NCBI RefSeq assembly: GCF_963921235.1
Contig: NC_086106.1
Location: 80,166,001 to 80,230,000, forward strand
From: Mobula hypostoma
Lineage: Eukaryota
Direction: 5' to 3'
DNA length: 64,000 bases
Shown here: in pieces, positions 1 through 35,623 of the stretch
How the letters are laid out: each line of letters starts with the position of its first letter
Numbering within the stretch: the stretch's first letter is position 1
Made by a program: the position numbers and the translations under genes
Notes under the pieces: model-generated
What the model saw: the letters and a program-made list of their open reading frames with translations, nothing else
Databases searched by the model: none
Told to the model about the DNA's origin: nothing

Positions 1-289
1 ACTATGAAAATAAATTGAGGTTACCAGAACTGCTACTAAAATTTAAATGCAAATAAGAGCATGGACACAGATCTAGCTAAAGTAAAGCAGCACGACACAG
101 TCAATTAAGATGTAATGGTAACCACTGAGGGATTCATTGTGCATGGATTATGACTCATTGAGAAAGGAAAAATACAAGGGAAGAAAGCAGCTGTTATGAT
201 TTAAGTATGAAATAAAAACTGTGAAAGATGGGTGATGGAGTGAATAATGGGAATCAGAGTAATTGGGAAGATGTTGGGACAGTTGGTGT

Positions 290-3200
290 AAAATTAGACG
301 TAGTGTGCAGTGCGATTGTCAGGAAGGATAGGCAGATGATAGGGCAAATATAGTCAGCAGGATGAGTTACAATGTAACATGGGAACAAAATCATAAAGGT
401 TGATGAATACAGGACTGGAAGTGTTATATTTGAATGCAGTCAACAGAATAAGGTAAATGATACTGTAGCACAATTATAGATCGGTAGGTATGATGTGAGC
501 ATCAATGAGTCAAATCTAAAAGATCATAGTTGGGAGCTTAACATCCAAAGGTACACATTGTATCAAAAGGACAAATAAAAAAAAGGAAGGGACAAGCAGA
601 GCAGCCAGTGTTAGAGTGAAGATCTGAAGATTTAGCTCTTTGAGGCTTCAATGAGCCAAGGCTTGAGTGAGAGGTGAGAAGCTGTAGGTAGAATTTTTTT
701 CAAAGTTAATTTATTATTTGACTTTATAATTGGAGTTAGAATAGGGATGTTAGGCAGGATAGTTGAATGCTCCTCTTGTGGGATGTGGGAAGGCAGGGAG
801 ACCTCCATTGTTCCTGACGACTTCACCTGCTAGAAGTACATGCAACTACAGCTTTTAACACTTGGTATGAAGGAGTTGAAGCTGGAACTGGATGAACTTT
901 GGATCATCCGGGAGGCTGAACAGGGGTGAGAGGTGTGTGGGGAGAAAGAGGAAAGTACACCAAGGTGCAGGACACAGTCAGGAGGGTGAAAGGGGTTAAA
1001 AAGCCAGTGCAGAGTACTGTACCCCTGTGGCCATTCTTCTCAACAGAAAGGAGGGCCTCAGATTTTTGGATCATTGGGCTCTCTTCCAGGGAAGGTGGAA
1101 CCTGTACAGAAGAGATGGATTGCATGTAAACTGGAGGGGGATATATCCTATCAGGAAGGTTGGCTAATACTACATGGAGGTGGGGTGTTAAGAGTTGCAG
1201 GAGGATGGGAACCAGAGTGCCATTACAGTTAGTGGAGTAGTTGTGGAGACATGTTGGTGACAACTCAAAGTCGAGTCAAAAGACTGAGTATGGTGGGACT
1301 AATGTTTTTAAGTTGCATATATTTTAATGCAAGATGTATTACAGGAAAGGCAGTTGAGCTTTGAGCAAGGATCAAGACATGGAATTTTAATATTGTAGCA
1401 ATTAGTGACACTTGATTACGGGGGGGGGCAGGACTTGCAGCTCAATATTCCTTTATTTTAGATATGATAGAGTGGGGAAGGCTTAAAGGGGACAGATGGG
1501 AGAGCTCATCTGTGAGGCTTTATGGAACTGAGGAATAAAAAAGGGATGACCACAATATTGGGGCTCTATTATAGATCACCCAACAGTCCACAAAATTTAG
1601 AGGACCACATTTGTAGAGTGATTGCAGACTGTTGCAAAAAACATACTGATTGGAACTCCCATAGTTTGTTAAATGTGTTCTGCAAAGTTTCCTTAATCAG
1701 TACATAGAAGTCCCACTGATATGAGATAGGTCAGGTGACAGAAGCTTGTGTAGGGAAACACTTTGTATCTCAGTCCTGCTGAGTTCCTCCAGCATTTTGT
1801 GTGTTGCTTGAATTTCCAGCATTTGCAGATTTTCCCTTGTGTTAGGGTGGTTAAGAAAGCTTTTGCCACATTTGCCCTCATAGAACAATATTGAGTACAG
1901 GAATTAGATGTTGCATTGAAGATTTACAAGATGTTAGCGAGGGCTAATTTATAGTATTGTGCGCCATTTTGGTCACCTACCTACAGGAAGGTGACCAAAA
2001 CCTCAGGTGGTGTGGCTCTGTTGGTAAACAATGAAAACAAATCCTTAGAAAGTGGTAGATGTAGATTGCTTGGGGGTAGAGTTAAACTACAGGGTAAAAA
2101 GACCCTAATGGGAGTTATATATAGGCCTCCAAATGGCAGCCAAGACAATTGTTGCAAATTACAATGGGAGACAGAAAAGGTTTGTCAAAAGAGCAATATT
2201 ACAATAGTCATGGGGATTTCAACATGCAGGTAGGTTGGGAAAGTAAGATTGGTGCTGAATCTCAAGAGAGAATTTGTAGAATACCCATGAGATGGCTTTT
2301 CAGAGCAGCTTATGGATGACACCACTAGGGGAAAGGATATTCTGGGTTGGTCTTGTGCAACAAATTGGATTTGATTAGGGAGCTTAAGGTAAAGGAATTT
2401 TTTGGGAGGCAGCGATCATGATACTTTAGCTTCTCTAACTCAAACTCAGATCTTTCAGTATTACAGTGGAGTAAAGGGAATTACTCCTTTAATCCACATG
2501 AAAGAGGAGCCAGCCAAGTTGACAGCAGAACAGCAATGGCTGGAGTTTCTGGGAGAAATTCAGGTGTATCCCAAAGTAGTATTCTACAAGCAGGATAAAG
2601 CAACCATGGCTGAGAAGATAAGTAAAAAAAAAACATAAAAGAAAAAGAGAAGAAAATAACAGAGGACTGGGAAGATTTTAAAAACTAACAGAAGGCAACT
2701 AAAAAGCCATAAGGGAAAAGATGAAATTGTAAGGTAATCGAGCCAATAATTTCAAAAAGCGTGCCATAAGATTTTTTTCAGATAAGACACTAGCTGTATG
2801 TCAGAAGTTATGAGTGCAATCGTTAATACTAGGGAGAAGGTGTTAGGGAAGCTGAAAGATCTTAAGTTAGTTAGATAGTCACCTGGATCAGATGAATAGT
2901 TCCAGAGGACTGGAAAATTGAAAATGTCACTGCCATTCTACAAGAATGGAGGAAGGTAGAAGATGGAAATTATAGGCCAGTTAGTCCGACCTCAGTTGTT
3001 GGGAAAATATTAGAGTCAATTGTTAAGGATGAGATCTTGGGGTACTTGGAGGCACATGATAAAATAGGCCAAAGTCAGCATGGTTTCCTGAGGAAAATCT
3101 TGCCTGACCAATTTGTTGAATACTTCGAGGAAATAACAAGCAGGATAGACAAATGAGCATTGGTGGAGGTTTGTGGACTTTTTATTTTCATTAGTCCTTT

Positions 3201-4490
3201 GACAAGGCAAGAGGCTGCCTAACAAAAGCCAATGGTATTACAGGAAAGATAATAGCATGGGTAGAGAATTGGCTGATTGGCAGGAGACAAAGTATGGAAA
3301 TAAAGCCTTTTCTGCTTGGCTGTTGGTGACTAGTACTGTTCCATAGGGAACAATGTTGGAACTGCTTTTTACAGTATGTGTCAATGACTTGGATGATGGA
3401 ATTGATGGCTTTGTGGCCAGGTTTGCAGATGATATGAAGGTAGGTGGAGGGGCAGGTTGTGTTGGGGTGGCAGGGAGGCTGCAGGATGTAAAATTAGAAT
3501 AAGTGGCAAATGTAACACAACGTCAGGAAGTGCAAGATGATGCACTATGGTAGAAGGAACAAAAGTGTAGTCCATTTGGCCAAAAACTAAAAAATGGGGA
3601 AGCACAGTAGCATAATGGTTTACAGTACACAGACCCGGATTCAATTCCCACTGCTGCCCACGAGGAGTTTGTACATTCTCCCTGTGACCATGTGGCTTTC
3701 CTCCCACATTCCAAAGGCTTACCAGTTGATGAGAGTAATTGTTCATCCTAAACGGTCCTGTAATTTGGCTAGGACTAGATCAGGGGGATTGCTGGACAGT
3801 ATGACTCAATAGGCCAGAAGGGCCTATTCTACGTTGTACATCTATAAATAAACAATACGAGATGCAAAGGGACTTGGGAGTCATCTTGCAGGATTCCCTT
3901 AAGATTAACGTGCAGGTTGAGTTAGTGGTGAAGGCAGCAAATACAATGTTAGCTAGCATTCATTTCCAGAGGCCTAGAATACAAGGATGTATTGCTAAGG
4001 CTTTATAAGGCACTAGTGAGGCCTCACTTGGAGTATTGTGAGCAGTATTGGGTTTCTTATCTAAGAAAGGATGTTGGAGAGGGTTCAGAAGAGGTTTATG
4101 TGAAGGCCTATACACACTGGAATTTAGAATGCGGGGGAATCTCTCTGAAACCTAATCAACGTTGAAAGGCATAGACAGCATGTTTCCTAGAGAGGGAGTC
4201 TAGGACCAGATGGCACAGCCTCAGAATAGAGAGACATCCATTTAGAATGAAGATGAGGAGGAATTTCTTTAGCCAAAGGGTGGTGAATTTGTGGAATTCT
4301 TCGCCAGGAGGCCAAGTCAGTAGGTGTATTTAAGGCATTGCTTGATAGGTTCTTGATTAGTCACAACATGAAAGGTTACAGGGTGAAGGCAGGAGGATGA
4401 GGTTGAAGGAAAATGGACCAGCCATAATGAAATGGAAGAACAGACTTGATGGGCCAAACCACCTAATTCAGCTCCCAATGCCTATGACCT
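290..4490 (+). mobile_element. Mosaic of degenerate, nested CR1-clade LINE fragments
   Basis: ORF1 Cys-motif remnant (~770-840), endonuclease remnants (GVIYRPPN, GGSDH), RT remnants (FADD at ~3420) and a CR1-type 3' end at ~4440-4490. Confidence 0.85.
3597..3855 (+). mobile_element. tRNA-derived SINE (V-SINE-like) inserted in CR1
   Basis: tRNA-like head with box B-like GGATTCAATTCC and GAGTTTGTACATTCTCCCTGTGACC core; related copies at ~47270-47560 and ~55345-55625. Confidence 0.65.
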
Positions 4491-4561
4491 TCCCTTATGC
4501 ACACTATTAATGTAGTTAGTCCAGGTGAGTTTATTTACAATGGTTACCTCCAGTCTATTAC

Positions 4562-4783
4562 AAACAAAAGAAAACCTGCCGATGCTGGAAATACAAGCAA
4601 CACACACAAAATGCTGGAGGAACTCAGTAGGTCAGGCAGTATCTATAGAGAACAATCCAGTAGACGTTTTGGGCCAAGACCCTTCAGCAGGACTCACTGA
4701 AGGGTCTCAGCCTGAAACATCAACTATTCTCTTTTCCATAGATGTTGCCTGGCCTGCTGAGTTCCTCCAGCATTTTGTGTGTT
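4562..4783. repeat. Palindromic mini-element derived from Penelope-like termini (~87-bp imperfect arms)
   Basis: ~4601-4687 is inverted relative to 4697-4783; same terminal sequence as 47635-47840. Confidence 0.8.
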
Positions 4784-7355
4784 ACCTCTCATCAACTGAC
4801 GGTATGGAACTCTTTACAGATAAAGGGTAAATGATTAAATTCTCTATTGAGATGGCCTTGCACTTATGGCCCAAGTGTTTCTTCCCAATTGTCAGTCCCG
4901 ACTTGAATGTTGTCAAGGTCTGCTACAAGTACACATGGACTGCTTCATTTGCTAAGAAATGAGTACAGAACTGTACAGCATGCAACCAATAAATGAATAT
5001 ACTCACTTTTGACCTGGTGATAAAGTCATTGAAGCAAAAGGAAATAGCTGGGCCTTGGTCACTGTCACATCCTACTCTTGCACGATGGTCTGTGATTTGG
5101 GAGAAATAACCTAATTACCCTAATTTTCTTTTAATACATTGCTGATGGGAGTAAAACACATTTCACAGCAATATGAACAAATTTTAATACAGAGCCACGT
5201 AAATCATCACAAAGCTTGGTTAAGCAAAGTAGATTTAAGTAACATTATTAAAAAGATGAAAAGGTGGTGAGCTTGAAGTTGACTTAGATTAAAAAGACTG
5301 CTACAAATCAAGTGGTTAAGAACTTGCACAGAATATAAAAAAAACTTCATTTAACTGAAATATTCATTGAATGCCTTTTACATTTATTACCCCATTATTG
5401 CAAGCAAAGTAAAGAAAGAAAAACACGACTTCATGCTGGTGTACAACTGAATAAAAATCAGACTTAACACCATCTTATAAAGACTCCGCGATACACAAAT
5501 TCAAAGATCCTTCAGTAACGTCCTGTAAGAACTAAAATAAAATAAAAAATTGGTCATGTAAATCAGCTGCTTGAAGACAGTAATAGTAAAACCCACAACA
5601 CAGCACAGACTAACACTAACTCAGTGTTGTTGTACATGAAACATTTGAAGACTGAATCATACAATCCTATCAGTTTGCAACTAACCTTTCTACATCTGAA
5701 ATTTCTTTCTTTAACCCAAGATGGTGCAATTGGGGTGCTCTACCCTCCAAATCCAACTAGGGGAATTGAGTGTGAACATGTCATGCTGATTAAATAAAAA
5801 TCACTCATTGCATCAAACTATATACTCCTACAACATACATCTTCCTCGCCCTAAAGCTGAATAAAAATCTGAAGCAAAATGCAGAAATGTTTGCCTGCAG
5901 CAATGGCTTGCTGTCTTGTACATACCTACAGTGCTTTTCATAAAATAATGTAACTTTTTAATATTCATTAATTTTAAAGAGGTTGAACAAATAAGCCTAT
6001 GGCTGCAGGAGGAAGAAAGATGAGTAGGGCTTTGATCAAGGGACTGTTCTGCAAAACCTTTAAGTAAAACATGACAGCACGTAGAGTGGTACAAGGAAGT
6101 GAAAATGGCAGGGAAATTTTCTAACTAAACTGAATAATTCAGATGAGCCAAATTAGCACAATTCCAACAGACTCAAATGATGATTGATACTGTTCACCTC
6201 AGGTAAACAGTCAAACATTTAAGCATGCTACTTCAGTCTGCCATAGTAAACAGTAAGGATTAAATGAATTAAATTTAATTTCAATTTCATACTGAAACAA
6301 TAAGACCGATAAATTGAATTTGTTGGTCGGCCCTCAAGTTGGTTCGAGATAGCAAGTGATCCTGGTGCAATCTGCCCTTGAGTTGAAAATTCAGAATGTG
6401 ATACAAAGCCACTTTTTGCTCTATATACAACGCATGCCTACAGTAGCAAAACTGCTGACAAATTTAACTTCTGCTCTAACAAAATAGTTAACAGCCTGGA
6501 AGTGAGAAATAATGGCCCAGACAGTTTGGTCCCCTAAATTCAGAACAAAATCGTTTTAAGCAGACACTCCACAGTTCAGTCATGCTGTGAGTTTGGAAGC
6601 CTGTGGTACAGTTACAGCTGATTAATGTTTATGTAACACTAGGAAATATGACATCACATTTCTCCTAATGAGTGCTGTCTTTCAAGATTTCACTTCACAG
6701 ATAAATCTCTGTACTTAGAAATGTAGTCAACAGCTTTCTCAGCACTGTGACACTGTAAGGATGTTATTAAACACCCTTGAACATTGTGAGGTTGCTTGCA
6801 CAGCCGCTTGTGGGGAACAGGAGTCAAGCTGTCAATGCAGTTTATCCTGATGGCAACATTAACACAAAATGTCGCTTTATTGAAAACTTTACATTAATTA
6901 TAAACTTAGGAATATAGTCAAGCAAAGGAATCTTCAAAATACTCCAAGCATTGTTCCCATTTTGTGATACTCTCATTTAAAATAGGAATGTAAAAAGGTT
7001 TTAAGACAACAAAAACATCAAGGCAAAATGTGATTGCTTTTACTTATTTAAAGATCTTTTACATAATTCCACCTTCATGTTCTATGTCAGTTTGGGGTTG
7101 CAATGCATAAATACGTAAACTAGTAAATTTAAGGTACCTAATGGCACAACCTGGCTTTACACAACTGGGCTGACGATACAATCAACACGAACCCTGGAAT
7201 CAAAACCCTGGAACAGATTGCCACTAATATTTAAAACCTATCTTTACAAAATAGTTCCATTTTCAGAAACTGGACTTTGCTCTCCTGTTTATTTGAAGTT
7301 GGCCCAGCCAGCTGGGCTTTCAAATGCCAGAAGTTTGCAAAACTTTGTGCCTTCT

Positions 7356-32106
<24,751 letters not shown>

Positions 32107-34851
32107 CCGCCACCTGCAGTCACTGGCTTCGCCTCACCATTGTAGATAAAGACTACCTCTGACCCCCAGCGGCCCGCTGACATGCGCACAGCCCGAACGC
32201 GCCGTCTGCGCCTGCGCACAACCCGCCGCCTGGCTCTGGCGCCACTGTTTTCAAAAATGAATGAGAAGTCGACAACGGCCAATCCGGCTGCAGATGTGAT
32301 GCAGACCACTTTGCAAAAATTCCAGCACCTTACACCCATCCCACCCCGCAAAAACTCATTTCAGAGAGGTAGCTCCATCAACTTCCGGGGGAGGTGGGAT
32401 GTCTGCAATAGAGTAGCTCATTAGCAGCTAGCCAGCTAGTTTTAATAACGTTAGCTATGCTAATGAACGAATGACGCCTGTTAAACTCAACTCAACACGT
32501 CTTTTAGAGTCTTAACCAACCAAGGGCAATAGAAAAGTCACCATTGCAAACAGTGCAGCGAGAACACTATCATTATTTTTTACCCCTACTAGGCAGGGGT
32601 ACACTTTAATGTAGTCTGCGGTGACGTACAATTTATATTTTCTTTTATTTGGAACACTCTGCCGTGGCACTCGTTCTCTCGTTCTCTCTCTCTCTCTCGC
32701 ACGCGCACACACATGCGTGCGGTCTCTTTTGCTGTCTCTCGCTCACTTGCTCTCTAAAAAAAAATCGATTTCCGGGATATTGTATATAACTTGTGGGCGT
32801 CAGGGAGCCACTATCAATTTGCGGGAGACTCCCGGAACTTCCGGGAGAGGTGGGATGTCTGGCCTTATCACTTCCAACATTCAGGGCCGTGGTGGGAAAT
32901 CAAGTTCAAGGTTGTTTGTTGTCATTTACTGCCCAATTACACAAATATTTCTTCTAGACTAAGGTGTGCAGTACATACAACTGATAGACAACACATAAAG
33001 TGATGTTAGCACATAATAAGGTGCATTTACAACACAAGTTAAAAAGTAAACTGTATAATGATGGAGAAATCGTGTGTAGTGTAATGTATTGTGTGAGTAT
33101 TCGTAGTGTCAGAGTGCATATGACGTCAGGACGTAGAGAAGTAAAAAATGGAAGTCTGGTGAATAAACGTGGTTGTTCAATCTACAGCGGTGCCGAGTCA
33201 CGTCAACATTACATGGTGTCAGAAGAAATCGCGAAAAAAAGGAAGAGAAGACACGTAAAAGATGTCACAGTTACAGCCACCGTCAAGTTTAAGCCTACAA
33301 GGTAATCTTGCTGAAAACTGGAAAATATGGATCCAGAAGTTTGAGCTGTTTTGCACCGCTAGCGGCGTAGCTGAAAAGACGGAGAAAGTGCAATGTGCTA
33401 CGTTTCTGCACATGGCCGGAGAAGAGGCAATAAAAGTTTGCAACACGTTTGTCTTCCAAGATGATGAGCAAGATAAAATTGAAGTGATGAAGAAAAAGTT
33501 TCAAGATTACTGCGAACCGAGAAAAAACCTACATTACATCCGACATAGGTTCTTTATGTGGGCTCAAGGACCAATAGAGACCATAGATGTCTATGTAACA
33601 GATTTGAAAAACAAGGCAAAAGGCTGTGAGTTTAGACAACTGCATGATTCTTTAATACGTGACAGGATTGTATGCAGCATATGAGATGATCAAGTGAGAG
33701 GCAGGCTAATGAGAGAGGCGGATCTTACATTAGAAAAGGCAATTGACACTTGCCGTGCCAGCGAGATCACGTCAAGTCAGGTTAAAGTGCTCAATGAAGA
33801 GATTGAAGTGCACAAAATAAAAACTGTGAAAACTGACAAGAGTAGGACAAAGTCAGCACCACAGGATGATCAAAAGGAAGTTAACTGCAACAGATGTGGT
33901 TATAAACATGGATACAGAAAATGTCCAGCCTTTGGTCAGACATGCAAGTTATGCCAGAAAAGAAATCACTTTGCAAAGATGTGCAGATCGAAGGAGCACG
34001 CAAGGAAAATGCACGCTGTGGAACAAAGTGAGGGCAACAGTGACATGTTCATTGGCACAGTTGAAGTGGAACAGGAGGTATGCATCAAGAATATTGACAA
34101 TGCAGAGATGGAGGATGAAGATGATTGGACTCAAGATCTGATAATAAACAGAAGGAAAGTAACATTTAAGCTTGACACTGGGGCAAAGTGCAATGTAATG
34201 TCGGCAGAAACATTCAGCTCACTGGACATCAGAGGAAGACTGGAAAAATCCACCTGCAAGCTTGTTGCATATTTCGGCCACAAGATGGCGCCACTGGGCA
34301 AAAAGCACTCACCTGTGTATACAAAGGTCAAAATACAAGATCGAGTTTGAAATAGTACAGCAACATGTTTCAGCAATACTGGGCAAAGCAACATGCACAA
34401 AGCTAGGCCTGGTAAAATGAATCTATGGTGTTGAAAAAGAAAATGACATTCTCAAAGACTTTGATGACTTGTTTTCCAGATTAAGATGTTTACCAGGGAC
34501 ACACCATATCGAGATTGATCCAACTATTGCACCAGTCATTCATGCCCCAAGAAAGATTCCAGTAGCTCTCAGGGATCAAGTAGTGGAGGAGCTACACAGA
34601 ATGGAACAGATGGGAGTCATAACAAGACAAATAGAACCGACCGACTGGGTGAATAGTATGGTGACAGTGGTCACAGAAAAAAAGACGAGGATTTGCATGG
34701 ATCCACAAGATCTCAACCAGAATATCTGGTACAGAATATCTGCTTTGTGTGGACTGCTATTCAAAATATCCGGAGATCACCAAGTTAAGTGACACACATC
34801 AAAGTTGCTAGTGAACGCAGCAGGCCAGGGAGCATCTCTAGGAAGAGGTAC

Positions 34852-34887
34852 AGTTGACGTTTCGGGCCGAGACCCTTCATCAGGACT
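34852..34887 (-). ncRNA. Minimal hammerhead ribozyme motif (Penelope-like element)
   Basis: Reverse strand reads AGTC-CTGATGA-AGGGTCTCGGCCC-GAAACGTC-AACT (one stem I mismatch). Confidence 0.55.
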
Positions 34888-35587
34888 AACTGAAGGAAGA
34901 GCTAGTAAGAGATTTGAAAGGGGGAGGGGGAGATCCAAAATGATAGGAGAAGACAGGAGGGGGAGGAATGGAGCCAAGAGCTGGACAGGTGATGGGCAAA
35001 AGGGATATGAGAGGATTATGGGACAGGAGGCCCAGGGAGAAGGAAAAGGGAGGGGGGAACTGGTGGACGGAGCGTAGGTGTTCAGCAAAACGATCTCCCA
35101 GTCTGCAGGATCTCCCAGTGGCCACACATTTTAATTCCACATCCCATTCCCATTCTGATATGTCTATCCACGGCCTCCTCTACTGTAAAGATGAAGCCAC
35201 ACTCAGGTTGGAGGAACAACTCCTTATATTCCATCTGTGTAGCCTCCAACCTGATGGCATGAACATTGACTTCTCTAACTTCCGCTAATGCCCCACCTCC
35301 CCCTCGTACCCCATCCGTTATTTATTTATATACATAGATTCTTTTTCTCCCTCTCCCTTTTCTCCCTCTGTCCTTCTCACTATACCCCTTGCCCATCCTC
35401 TGGGTTTTTAACCCCTCCACCTTTTCCTTCTCCCTGGACCTCCTGTCCCATGATCCTCTCACATCCCTTTTGCCAATCAACTGTCCAGCTCTTGGCTCCA
35501 TCCCTCCCCCTCTTGTCTTCTCCTATCATTTTGGATCTCCCCCTCCCCCTCCCACTTTCAAATCTCTTACTAGCTCTTCCTTCAGTT

Positions 35588-35623
35588 AGTCCTGACGAAG
35601 GGTCTCGGCCCGAAACGTCGACT
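35588..35623 (+). ncRNA. Minimal hammerhead ribozyme motif (Penelope-like element)
   Basis: AGTC-CTGACGA-AGGGTCTCGGCCC-GAAACGTC-GACT. Confidence 0.65.

Noticed and set aside
5838-5870. Possible SLAIN-like micro-exon (ttcAG|...GAAGAT|GTATGT)
   Set aside because: Splice-like signals only, with no protein similarity; likely chance in AT-rich sequence.
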